A stretch of 64,000 nucleotides of DNA, taken from NCBI RefSeq assembly GCF_006345805.1, contig NC_043013.1:31186001-31250000 (forward strand). Direction: 5' to 3'. The notes beneath the pieces were generated by a model that was not told the DNA's origin, made no database searches, and worked only from the letters and a program-made list of their open reading frames with translations. Origin of the DNA: Octopus sinensis (taxonomy: Eukaryota). Made by a program: the position numbers and the translations under genes. Positions 38,653-50,925 of this stretch are shown here, in pieces. How positions within the stretch are numbered: the first letter of the stretch is position 1; each line of letters begins with the position of its first letter.

Positions 38653-39140
38653 AGGCGGCAAGCGGGCAGAAACGTTAGCACGCCGGGCGAAAGGCGTAGT
38701 CGTATTTTGTCTGCCGTTATGTTCTGAGTTCAAATTCTCCCGAGGTCCACTTTGCCTTTCATCCTTTCGGAGTCGATAAATTAAGTACCAGTTACGCACT
38801 GGAGTCAACATAATCGACTTAATCCCTTTATCTGTCCTTGTTTGTCCTCTCTGTGTTTAGCCCCTTGTGGGTAGTAAAGAAATAGGTATTTCCTCTGCCG
38901 CTAGGTTCTGAGTTTAAATTCCTCCGAGGTGAACTTTGCTTTTCATCCTTTCGGGCTCGATTAAATAAGTACCAGTTACACACTGAGGTCGATATAATCG
39001 ACTTAATCTGTTTGTCTGTCCTTGTTTGTCCCCTCTGTGTTTAGCCCCTTGTGAGGAGTAAAGAAATAGGTATTTCGTCTGTCTTTACGTTCTGGGTTCA
39101 AATTCCGCCGAGGTCGACTTTACCTTTCATCCTTTCTGGG
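38653..39140 (+). mobile_element. SINE family B followed by tandem ~185-bp 5'-truncated monomers
   Basis: CCGAGGT recurs at about 38740, 38924 and 39109; each monomer restarts at GGTATTTC after the AAAGAAATA tail. Confidence 0.9.
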
Positions 39141-39355
39141 CCGTTTCCCCCTACATAAAAATTTCGAGAATTCTGCCTAGAGTAGAAATGAATTATAAAT
39201 ATTCTTTAGAACAGTGTTTTATAAAAACTGGCTATGGTTTCACATTCCTGGCACTTGCAAATTTCATTTGCTATAGGGAGATATTCTTTGGCAGTATCTC
39301 AGTTTTATATTAAACCTACGCATATAAAAATATTTAAAAACAAGGAAAAATTTAC

Positions 39356-39604
39356 TATGCGATGGAACGACGAAAATAAAGTTGATTCTTTTAACAAAAT
39401 CATATTCGGTGGTTTGCACGATATTAGAAGTGAATCTATTCCAAACCAACAATACACAGATCCATTGAAAAAATAATCCGCAACGTTTACTAGCCCATGG
39501 TTAGAATAATGAATATTTAGAAATGTGGAGCCGTTATGACTAGACACAACCAAAGTCAGTTTCAGATGGTAATTGCTCTCATTTATATAATTTAGTTGTT
39601 TTAC
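39356..39604 (-). pseudogene. Candidate LRP-like exon (83 codons, phase 0-0, open)
   Basis: tcttttcttgcag|GTAAAA...CGCATA|gtaaat; LVVSSHNGS...GLVNVADYFFNGSVYCW resembles I.VS.LNGS...GLAVD...G.LYW. Confidence 0.52.
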
Positions 39605-39855
39605 CTGCAAGAAAAGAACTGTCAATATTAAATATACCCTTTCAATATTTTTCAGCTATTTCAAATTATATATTACAACTAAATTCCTGTCAACATTATA
39701 TGCTGTCGCAGCTAATTTTCAGTACTTATTTTTGATTTTAAGATGAAATAAAAAATGTCGTGCTTATATTGATTTAGAAGGGAAGCTAGTCGTAGGAAAT
39801 AGTGTGTGGGTGTTGACATATATATATTCATTTATACATACATACATGCATATAT

Positions 39856-39910
<55 letters not shown>

Positions 39911-39915
<5 letters not shown>

Positions 39916-40028
39916 GAAGGAGCTTCTACAGGACTAGAACTGTTTCATTCAAAAGAAATCATCAGGAAGCTTCCTGATGATTTCTTTTGAATCAAACAGT
40001 TCTAGTCCTGTAGAAGCTCCTTCTATAT
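39911..40028. ncRNA. 118-bp loopless palindrome of two head-to-head type I hammerhead-ribozyme units (Penelope-type)
   Basis: Arms differ at one position; centre AAGCTT. Minus strand: AGCTTC-CTGATGA-TTTCTTTTGAAT-GAAA-CAG-TTCTAGTC-CTGTA-GAAGCT (stem I 6 bp, core, short stem II, stem III, GUA). The plus-strand unit has GAAA changed to CAAA. Confidence 0.7.
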
Positions 40029-41057
40029 AATAAATTAATTTACTCTGCTATGTATTGAGTACCTTGTTTACTGTGGTTAACCCCGACTCAACCCGGGACC
40101 TACATATATATATATATATATTATATATATATATAGGTGTGTGTGTGTGTGTGTGTGTGTGAGTGTGTATACATACATACATACACACATATAAACACAC
40201 ACATACATACATACATACACACAATTAAACACACACACACACACACACACACGCACGTGCGTGACATATTTCAAGCACTAGATCTGAATATATGTTGACG
40301 AGCAGTATCGCACGTATACACACATTCACACAAATTTTTGCAAATTCAAAAATAGTCATAACTACGAACCTAGAGTAACAATCGCAAAACTATAGTATAG
40401 CAACCTGAGATTGAAATCATAACCACGGTTTTTGCGTACAGATAATCAAAACTTCCTTACCATGTCTGGTCTTAAGCGCTTTTATTTTTCCTGGAGTGCA
40501 TAAATAACAATTGGCGAACGAAATTCCTCTCAATGATTTATCGCAGCGGTCTAAATTTGCATGAGAGTATATTTACAGCAACGTGTAATATATATGATAA
40601 GACATAGAGATCGTTTAAATGGTTTAAATAGAAACGTTCAATGTTAGACTCCTGCTATCTTTATGGGAACTATGATTAATGATGAAGAGGATAGATGTTT
40701 TTTAAACCTGCGGATGTCATTGATATTCGGCGCGTGTAAGTATTTTCGGTATAACAAATAAGTAAATAAAAATAAAGATAAAAATAAATAAATAAATAAA
40801 TAAAACAGTACGCACATGTTTGGTTATGAAGAACGTTTCGTAGCTTCGTGGATTGCTATTCATGCCACTGCACGGCATCTGTGGTAAATGTTTTCTGTTG
40901 TAGGTCTGGGCATACTAATGATTTCTAAGGGGACGCTTCTAAAGGAAAGGTGACTGTATAATCCCGTCATATATTGCCATGGGTATATCTGCTGATACCT
41001 ATCTATTTCTCCCCCTCTCTCTCTGTATTTCATATACATATACATATGTATGTATGT

Positions 41058-41102
<45 letters not shown>

Positions 41103-41184
41103 CTTTCATACTTTGATAGGTTTCGGCCATTATTGGCCCAGGCCATGTCTAACTTAATAGCACCACCTGGTGAAGTCTTTCAAG

Positions 41185-42331
41185 TCAGAATTTGGGCACT
41201 ATGGCCCACTCAAGTAGAGAGTTATTGTTTACAGTGACATATCCGGGTGTAGGGGGTTTATCCGGGATTTCTTGAAGGAATCTGTCCAAAGACTTCTTGA
41301 ACCCTATAGGGTCAGTTTCTGTTTTAATGTGTTTTGGTGTAATGTTAAAGAGAGCGGGGCCAATTGAGGTGAAATAATTGTGCCGTATTGTTGTTATGAG
41401 ATGAGAGTGCGATTTTTGTTTTGGGCGGATGGCACGGGGCCCAAGCCTTGGATGTACCTTAAAGGTGATGCCAACATCATTTGGGCAATGCTGATGGAAT
41501 ATTTTCCACATCATGCAGATGATGTAGCGCTCACGACGACGTTGGAGAGAATATAGTTTTAGCTTTTCTAGTCGGCCCCAATAGTCGAGGCCTGTCATGC
41601 CATCTATCTTTTTTGTTATTGCCCTTTGAGGTGCTTCAACTTTTATGATACCTTGTATTGTGTGGGGAGACCACAGTGGACAACAGTATTCAAGGTGGGG
41701 TCGGGCAAAAGTGGAGAAGAGAAGGATAATGGTGTGGATATCTCTCGACTGGAAAGTTCTGAGAATCCAGGAACACATTCTGCAGACCATGTCAACTTTG
41801 GTGTTTATATGAGTGGCCCAGCTTATGTTGTTGTCCACAATTACTCCCAGGTCTCTGATGTTGTTGGACGCCGCGAGAGTTTCACCTGAAGGAAGGGAGT
41901 ATGGGAGTTTCAGGGCATCCTCTTTTCCAAAGTGGATTAGCTCAAATTTATCCTCGTTCAGCAGCATATTGTTTTTTTCTGCCCATTGGATAACAGCCAG
42001 TAGATCTGACTGAAGGCATGTCCGGTCACTCGCCTCATTTATGACCTTCTGTAGCTTGGAGTCATCTGCAAAGATTTTAATGTTGCTGTGCTTGATGATG
42101 TCATTAATGTCATTAATGTAAATGATGAAAAGAAGTGGGCCCAGCACAGTGCCTTGCGGAACGCCACTACTGACTTTGGCTGGGCTTGATTTTTACCCCT
42201 TCAACTACAACATGTTGAGATCTGTCTGTCAGGAAACACTTGATCCATTTCAGTAACTTTCCAGAGACACCAATGTTGGATAGTTTTTTCAATAGGATCT
42301 TGTGATCGACCCTGTCGAAGGCCTTACTGAA
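41185..42331 (-). CDS. LINE ORF2 reverse transcriptase, C-terminal half (one +1 frameshift at 42190-42194)
   Basis: FSKAFDRVDHKILL, GVPQGTVLGPLLF, IFADDSKL, RPHLEYCCPLWSP, LYSLQRRRERY. Confidence 0.88.
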
Positions 42332-42339
42332 AGAAGGGT

Positions 42340-43455
42340 GGAAAAAACCCTTCTTTCAGACCATGACATGGTTCTCTGTAACATGAAATTCCACCAGCCG
42401 AAAGCTAATCCTAGTGACCTTCCTCCAGCCCACCCATTTGACAACATGGATCTCCATAATGCCAACTGGGATGCAATCAGGAACGAGCTATCACATGTTG
42501 ACTGGTCCTTTACACAAACACACATCTCCACCAACCATAAAACATCTTGGCAGATCTTTGTAGACACCGTCACAGACATATGTGCAAAACACTCCCCACC
42601 AAGACCTGTGAACAAAAAGTGCAGAATCCCCCAAAACAGAAAAACCATTATCAGAAAAATAAAAAGAACAAACAAAAAAATTAACAAACTAAAGTACTGC
42701 CAATAGCAACACACACATTCAACGGCTATCGCACTGCTTGAATCCAAAAAATATAACCTCCAACAATGCATGAAGACCCTCATCAATAACCAAAGATCAG
42801 CTGAGGAGAAGTGGGCCATTGAAAAAATCAAACTCAACCCCAAAGTGTTCTTTTCATTTGCGAGGAAACGCAGGGTCACTGTCTCCACTGTAGGCCCTCT
42901 AATTGACGAAACTGGCACTCTCCAAGATAATGCCAAATCCATGGCCGAGATACTGCAGAAACAATACTGCTCTGTTTTCAGCAATCCTGATATGGCCGAT
43001 CTGGGCTGTATCAGTGATGTCAACCCCCAACACACTATATCGGACATAACGTTTAGTGCCCCTGATGTCTTAGCGGCGATAAACGAAATAAAACACAATT
43101 CAGCAGTAGGCCCCGATAGGTTCCCTGCTTGTGTCCTGAAGGTGTGTCGACACCAACTTGCGTCTCCCCTTGCTAATCTGTGGAGAAACTCACTGGATGC
43201 TGGCTATATTCCAAAAAACCTTCTGTCCCAGTCTGTTGTCCCAGTTTTCAAAAAGGGAAACAAGTCCCTTGCAGTGAATTACCGTCCGATCTCACTCACC
43301 TCTCATATCATCAAGGTATTTGAGAGGGTGGTGAGATCTCGAATAACCCAATTTCTGGAAAGCAACAGACGGCTGATCTCCAACCAACATGGGTTCCGTA
43401 ATGGAAGGGACTGCCTGACGCAGCTCCTGCATCACTTTGAGGACATTTTGAGAGC
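42340..43455 (+). CDS. LINE ORF2 segment, APE endonuclease end to RT domain 2, inverted (one TAG at 42704-42706)
   Basis: [62 protein letters not shown]. Confidence 0.88.
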
Positions 43456-43465
43456 TTATATATAA

Positions 43466-43502
<37 letters not shown>

Positions 43503-43546
43503 TATATATATATATATATGTGTATATATATATATGTATATATATA

Positions 43547-43579
<33 letters not shown>

Positions 43580-43721
43580 ATGTATATATATACGTATATA
43601 TATATATATATATGTATACATATATATATATATATATATATGTCTGTGTGTATATATATATGTATATATATATATATGTTATATATATATGTGTATATAT
43701 ATATATATGTATATATATATA

Positions 43722-43768
<47 letters not shown>

Positions 43769-43785
43769 GTGTGTATATATATATG

Positions 43786-43816
<31 letters not shown>

Positions 43817-43841
43817 GATATATATATATATATATATATAG
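43456..43841. repeat. Long imperfect (TA)n
   Basis: Direct reading. Confidence 0.95.
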
Positions 43842-44020
43842 TTAATCCAAACAAGTAAACACAGAAAAAAAGAGAAAAAAACACAGCAACGCAGGACGTG
43901 GAACAATTAAAGTATTATTGACGCTCAGGAAAGAAGGGAAGGAGGGTTTAACGTTTCGAGCAGAGCTCTTCGTCGGAAACAAGGAGAAGGAAAGATCCCA
44001 AGGAGGGAAGGCAGAGGAGA
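43842..44020 (-). mobile_element. Penelope-type terminal fragment with minimal hammerhead-like motif
   Basis: Minus strand 43980-43946: GTTT-CCGACGA-A-GAGC-TCT-GCTC-GAAA-CGTT-AAAC; core has U4>C. Confidence 0.55.
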
Positions 44021-44089
44021 CAATATTTGAGCTGGTGGTGCTTAAGAGAGGCAGTCATCGTAATTGTTATGTTGTCTTGTTGTTGAGAT

Positions 44090-44370
44090 AGGTTCTCTTT
44101 CTTTCCTGATCAGAAGATTGTATTTTACACCGTTTATTCCTTTGAAATATAACCAATGTTGTCTTCGAAACAAATGTCGAAAGTAAAAGAATTTTAATAA
44201 CATCTTCGTTCAACTCCATTTATTTACTTAAACTACACAACTTACTGCACATTAACCCGGAGTCTCTACCTTTGAATAGGTCGCTTTATCCGTGTTTCTT
44301 GCGTGAATTTTGCTATCCTGGTAACTGTTTATTGAATTTTCCATCTTAACGGTAAACAAGGATAATTCAT
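44090..44370 (+). mobile_element. Penelope-type terminal fragment with degenerate type I hammerhead
   Basis: CTTTC-CTGATCA-GAAG...CTTC-GAAA-CAAATGTC-GAAAG (44101-44183; core G8>C). Downstream ATCTTCGTTCAACTCCATTT is shared with 53485-53515 (minus). Confidence 0.55.
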
Positions 44371-44379
44371 TCATCCATT

Positions 44380-44412
<33 letters not shown>

Positions 44413-44586
44413 TATATATATATTATATATATATATACGTATATATATATACATATATATATATATATGTATATATATATACATATATGTGTATATATAT
44501 GTATGTATATATATATATATATATATACATATATATATTATATATATTATATATAATATATATATTATATATATATATATATATAT

Positions 44587-44650
<64 letters not shown>

Positions 44651-44668
44651 TATATATATATATATATG

Positions 44669-44893
44669 ATTGCAGCCATGAAGGTGTTTATAAGCCATTA
44701 AAAACACATAAAACCGTTAGATTCACTTCAACATTTAAATTTCATTACGTGCTGCAAGGAATTTTCTCAGTGAACAGGTGGCGGTCACAAAGCGACGAAA
44801 ATATTTTGGCAAATTGAATTTAAAAGTTGAAGTGAATCTGACGGTTTTTTGTGTGTTTCTTAAATGGCTTATAAACACCTTCCACACTGCAAT
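44669..44893. repeat. Inverted repeat, ~75-bp arms with ~75-bp spacer, next to (TA)n
   Basis: ATTGCAG..GAAGGTGTTTATAAGCCATT.AAAACAC..AAAACCGTTAGATTCACTTCAAC.TTTAAATT pairs with 44817-44893. Confidence 0.85.
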
Positions 44894-45267
44894 TATTTTT
44901 GTTTCAGCATACGATCTCAGATCTGATCACTTACTATGGAAGTACATCTCCGTAATAAATATATTTATTAATGTATATCTGTGTGTGTTGTGCCTGTATG
45001 TTTGTGCGTAGAGCGAAATAGAACTTCATACAAGGTTATATATACCTTTTTTTTATTTCTTATCAGCAGTGACTACGAATATGTCCCAACGAAAAATGAC
45101 TTTTGTGCATGCATCCACTCACCAAACTGATATGCCCGAAATATGATATGACCGTTTATAATGACTTTGTACATTTTGGCTAGTTAGAACTAATAAATGC
45201 ATATATACGTGTGTCTATATGTGTATATATGTATATACATGTACGTGTATATATACATATATGAATG

Positions 45268-45312
<45 letters not shown>

Positions 45313-45325
45313 ATGTATGTATACA

Positions 45326-45790
45326 TCTATTATATAAAATCCATTCTGTCTGTCTCTCTGTGTGTCTTCAAGTATCTCGGGCATCCTCCATCCGACTGCG
45401 CTCAAATTTGATACGTAGATACCGACGGTATCAGGGCGTGTATAGGTTTGACAAAAATGCAAAAATCGATTCTAGGTGAGAATGCGATCGATAAAGCCGT
45501 GGGAACGTGAATTTGTACGCGCAAGTACATCAGCTGTTGCGATCGGTACTAGGCGTACGCGAGAAAAATGCACGTTCAGTTTGCGCAAAAAATCCGGCTG
45601 GGGTTGTACCTCATCACTCCCTGCTTTTCGCACGGACAGCTGTATGTGGGCTGTTTGAGGGTTGGCTGTTCGACAAACCTATTCTACTACGCTCCAAACG
45701 GAGTAACAAGGAATGTGGTTTACAAGGCTGCGCTCCACTAGCTTTTCCATGCCCTTGAACATCCCGTAAAGTATGTCAGCTTAAAATTAA
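45326..45790 (+). mobile_element. Non-autonomous Helitron-like element
   Basis: A|TCTATTATATAAAA 5' terminus, then a TCTGTCTG tract and ATCCGACTGCGCTCAAATTTG; 3' end uncertain (CTAG at 45738-45741). Confidence 0.45.
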
Positions 45791-46371
45791 TTACTTAGTT
45801 CTCTAAGTTGTTGTTTGTTTTTCATCAACAATCGCCCCAAGTCGATTTCCTACATGTTTTATCGGATAAACGTATTATTGTCCCAGGTACGTTCTCATGA
45901 ATTCATAATGTTTTTCCATCTAGATTTACCCCCAGCTAACCCATTTGCATGCATCGTTTTTGTCCTGCTTTTCTTCCGTCAGCCTGTACATAACTTCACC
46001 TTCTATTCTTTCTTGTTTTTGTATTTCTTTCCTGCCAAGCTTACTATTTAAACCATGTTTGTGTTCTCCCAGTCAACATCCTTATTATTACTGGTACTTT
46101 CAATTCTTCGGTTGCATATTTGTGTTAATAAAACCGTTTATCTTTGGAATAGAAAAAAGTATGTCTTTATTTCTTCTTTTGCTGGTGTCTCAATTTCAGG
46201 CTAAATCAGTTTTTCTCAAAGGGGAGGCCTATGGGACGGTCGGACAAGTTGTTTTGAAAAAGTTTGGTTTAAATGTTTGACAACAATCCATTGGACGGGG
46301 GACATTTTGCTCGTATATATATATATATATTTTTTTTTTGTACGTACATACTTACATACATAGACTTATAA

Positions 46372-46560
46372 GTGAGGATGCGTGGTGGTAAGATGTTTGC
46401 CTACCAACCATATGATACTTGGTTCAGTTGGTAGGTATCTTCTATATCTCCGAACTAGAGTAAGTACCTGGCTTAAAACGAAAATAATTGTTTGATACAC
46501 TAAAACCGTGAAGGCGGAGTCTCATCATGGCTGTGATCTAATGAATCAAATAAGCAACAG
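46372..46560 (+). mobile_element. Old, deleted SINE family A-related copy
   Basis: GTGGTAAGATGTTTGCCTACCAACCATATG..GGTTCAGT...CATGGCTGTGATCTAATGA. Confidence 0.5.
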
Positions 46561-48399
46561 AATGAAAGAAAAAAACGAATAGGATAATGACCTCGTGTAT
46601 AAATAAAATTGCATTCGTTTTGTACAAATACAAATGCATTTGTTTTAAAATTATACTCAACTGTTAACTATGCTGAGTTTGATGCAGCTAACTCTACGGT
46701 CAAAACATGAAACATCTGACTGCGAAACAAAATTTAAGGCCATATGAACACAATTTACACTCTGTATAAGAATATATGGGAAATATATTAAGAGTAGTTC
46801 ATAAGTTTACTTTACATTTTTTTCAGAATGTGAAGTGCTTTGTTTATATTCATGAAAATAAAGAGTACCAATTGAATATTTATATACATAAGGTTGAATA
46901 GCTATATAAATAAGGTTGCTGATTGCGTCATATGATGTTAATACAGGAATAAGAGAAACGCGGTTAGACACAAAACACTTGTTTCCTGTATTTTGGAAAA
47001 AGCGAAACAAAATGATGTATAAATAAGTAGCATTATTTTTAGGTTACACTGTTATAAATAGTCTGTTTAAACAAGTGTATACATATGTGGCTCCACGCAA
47101 ATACACTGAATCATGCGTATGTGTGTGAGTTTGCGAGTTTTTGTGCGCATGCGTATGTGGTGTATGAGTTTCTATGTGAGCGTATATGTATGCGCGTATT
47201 TTTCGAAATTTCTTTCCTGTCATTTTTCCTTTCCTGTTCCTGTCTTGTGTATTTACACTCACCGATGTGTACGTCATATACGGATTTTAATCACTATTCC
47301 AGAAACAATGCATAAAAAGTGGTTTTTATATCGTGTGGAGAAATACTTTTGGTCTACCATACAAACAAGTGTGTGTGCAAAATGTCAAAGGAAGGTAATT
47401 ACTGACAAATGATGGGAAATGACGGAATGTCAAATTGGTAGCAAAATTATTTGTGCGTACACAAGCAAAAGACTCCCACACTCTCACAAATACACATGTA
47501 CAGATGATTATATATAGTCACATACACTTACACACACACACACGCACACACAAATACACACATTGACAGAGGTTATAAGAATGGTATTGAGTATATTATA
47601 TTTAACATAAATAGAAGCGCGATACATTAAAATGTTTATTCTATTATTATTATTTTTAAAGAAGCATTACCCGACAACTTTACGAATATCTCTTTCCCTA
47701 TATATATGTGCGTTTGTCTGTGTGTGTGTGTGTGTATGTGTTTGCTTGTGTATGTGTGTGCGTGTATGCGTGCATATGGACGTGTGTGTCAGAGACGGTA
47801 TGTATATATACATATAGAATAACGGACAAAGCGATATGTACGGAAGGCTACAATTAAGAATTATATACTTACACTCGTTTGAAATTTCTCGTATCATTTT
47901 ATTCATACCCTTAACTTCTCCTAAACAATTCGTTCACGACACTTAGTCCACCACTGTATCCCACATTGTATGTTTTACGTTAATCTGTACTTAGGCCTAA
48001 TGCGATGTTTCAGCTACCCAACCTAACATTTACACTAAAACTCTTCTTACAGTGCATTCTAGATATGATGGTCTTCTCTATTATTGAAATTTTTCGTGCA
48101 ACATACTCACACGAAAACACCCGAAAGGAACTAGCACATATTTTATATTACGTACACTGGCGGTATAATAATGTTCATGTGTATACCTAAGGAGACGAAA
48201 CCCTGCAGCTGACACTAATCTTTTCACTCTTGCAGTCGTAGTCTATTATGAATTATTATGCTAGAAAATAGATCACAAAGCTGAAATGTTACTCACACGG
48301 ACATTTGTTCTAACATGGTGGACGCTAAAATATTTCTTAACAACTCTTCTATATTGGTGACAAATTTGAGAACGCTTTTAATTATAGCTGCACGGAATA

Positions 48400-48700
48400 C
48401 ATATTTGCAATGATATCTACTCAACACACCTGCTGAAGGACGAATTTATTTCACTGTACGACATTTGTTAGAACCGAAAGACAAATGACCGGCAAAATTA
48501 CCAAATATTCACAGACGTTGGAAATTCCAAAAGAAAGATTATGTTCTGCAGCAGAGCAATAAATAAAACTGCTACAGACTCAGGCGATATTAATGCAAAA
48601 ATGTGGACAGAGCAAAGAATATGTGCCAGAAGACGACATAAATACACAGTTGATCGGAAATTGTGCAATTTATGAAAACCAATACGGACTTTACCAAACG
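48400..48700 (-). pseudogene. Candidate LRP-like pseudo-exon, blade + EGF-like
   Basis: One frame with stops: PYWFS*...LLCPHFCINIA*VCSSFIYCS...NVCEYLVI; EPFG and SPESVAV in an adjacent frame. Confidence 0.38.
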
Positions 48701-49278
48701 GCTCTGATTGAACGAAGGTATGAACTCACAAACTAGTCATACCTTACAATTACTTAGTACGGTTAACTTATATAATATCCATAAATGTTCAGTCCTATTG
48801 TCAGTATTTTATCGATTCTTCCAGACTTTTCTTTTTTGTTTTCCTCTGCAAAATGATTTTCTCATGGCAATCACACACCTACACATACCACAAATGTTTG
48901 CTAAGTCGATAGAATCAGTGCCGGATTATATCGCACCGATGAATTGGTGAGTGATTTAACACTAAAGTTGAAGATTTTACGAAACTCTTACAGAGTAATT
49001 CTCACTTCATATGGCTTTTGTCACGCAAACACCAATCTCATGCTAAATGGAAACTATTCGATACATGATTACAATTAGCACTATTTATGTACTAGATATT
49101 ACTTCGTAGACTTATGCGATTAATTTGCAATATATGGAAATCCATTCATTCGCTTGATAAAGTGTTTGCTCATAAATAATTTATTCTAAGAGAAAAAGCA
49201 ACGAAGCAAGCCAGGGTTAAGCCTGATTTAGTTGAAACAGCCAGTCCGGTGTTATATATATATATATATAGTGTGTGT

Positions 49279-49317
<39 letters not shown>

Positions 49318-49458
49318 CGCATGCTGATACATGACCTATGTTGGACTCCTCATTCGCATTATCACCGAATCTGGAGCTTAACTATATTCTGTCCATAGCA
49401 CTTATTCAGCATTACCTGACGCCTTTGGATCTTCTTGACACCATTACCTCTCATAGCC

Positions 49459-49491
<33 letters not shown>

Positions 49492-49949
49492 CATGGAGAG
49501 ATGGGGAAGAGAGATATTTGTGTTGGGTAACGCTTTGATTGAACCATTTAGATAAATGTTTTAATATTATAAAAGTGTTAACTGTTCGATAAAGATAAAA
49601 GAGCAAGAGGGAAATAGAGATAGCATTCAGCCATGGATAATATATCTATGAGCAAGAAGTAGACGCAAAAGAAAATTAGACTGTATATTCACTTCTTAGA
49701 TATACATAGAATAAGTATAAGATGGTAATTTCCATAGGAATACAGAAAGAAATATGAATGCAGATGAGGTGGAAAAAAGAAAGACTGAGAAAGCAAAACC
49801 GTAATAGAAATAGGTCATTGAAAGAGCTCGTGAAGATGGCCTACATTGTGCTATAATAGGCAGAGAATCGCAGAACTCATAGAACTACTGAGCTAGATGA
49901 TAAAACAAACATTTAAGAGTGAAGCAAATCAGGTGATGCAGAAAGTATA

Positions 49950-50220
49950 TTGACTACAAAACGAATCTTGAAAAAGTTCGAAATTCTGAACAGAAAGACG
50001 AGGTTGAGGTGAAGAATCAACAGACTCGAATAATCAACTTATATTTGCAGGGGATCATCTAAGTTTCACATTAATTCAACACAACTTTTAGTAGGAGAAA
50101 CGTATCAGCGTTATCAGTAGTTAGAATTCAATATACTACAGAAAATATTGAGAGAAGAGGATGTTAAAGGAGGACTCATTGTAATTACAAAAGGATAGTA
50201 TACAAAGCTCAAAGCCTTTA
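49950..50220 (+). mobile_element. Highly decayed LINE RT fragment
   Basis: LIFAGDHL...LQKIL...GGLIVITK resembles LLFADD...LQ..L...GL.IN..K. Confidence 0.3.
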
Positions 50221-50240
50221 CGTTCGGACACGATAAGGAA

Positions 50241-50305
<65 letters not shown>

Positions 50306-50419
50306 CCGAGTAATATATTGAATTATATTCGATATGCAGCGGCCTTTGCTTGGGTTATTCAGTTATTTCGAACGGCGTCAACGCTTACATTAAATATTAC
50401 ATGTGGAAGATATAGGATA

Positions 50420-50925
50420 ACTCCCAACTGTGGTCCCCAGAGAGTGTAAAACTGTCTGCGGAACTAGAAGCGATACATTGCCACTTCACAAAGAAGATAG
50501 ATTCAGTAAAACGCATGGGTTACTATGAGAGATTCAGGGGACTAGAACTCTACTCCCTGGAGAGGAGACGTGAGAGATATAAATATGGAGCATAGGGAAA
50601 ATTATGGAATCTGGCTCCGAATTTTGAAATTGTAACCTACAGAAAATCCCGAACTGGACGGTACTGCACAGTACCAAAGATCCATGTTCTCCATCGAGTA
50701 TACGAACCCAGTATTTTAATAGTTTGGGATTTAAAGAACCACAACTTTTTAATGCCTTTTAAAAGAACATCAGGAATCTGCAAGGTGTAGACATACAAGT
50801 CTTCAAAATAGTTGGGACAGCTTTTTACCTACAATCCTGGATGAACCCACATTGCGGCAGGAGGCACAAGGAAGAGCGGAACATCCAACTCGCTGCTTCA
50901 CCGGAAGCATTGCTGGGAAAATCCC
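50420..50925 (+). mobile_element. Old CR1/L2-group LINE 3' fragment
   Basis: SQLWSP...LEAIHCHFTKKI...YYERFRGLELYSLERRRERY, homologous to the 41.2-42.3 kb RT C-terminus. Confidence 0.75.

Larger units (their letters stand above)
41101..43455 (-). mobile_element. CR1/L2-group APE LINE, 5'-truncated with inverted 5' segment
   Basis: Minus-strand 3' part (41101-42331) joined to a plus-strand 5' part (42340-43455); both ends run into (TA)n. Confidence 0.92.

Noticed and set aside
39305-39355. C-terminal transmembrane or GPI signal in ORF 39305-39625
   Set aside because: The hydrophobic tail is read-through of T-rich sequence after a likely GTAAAT donor at 39355.
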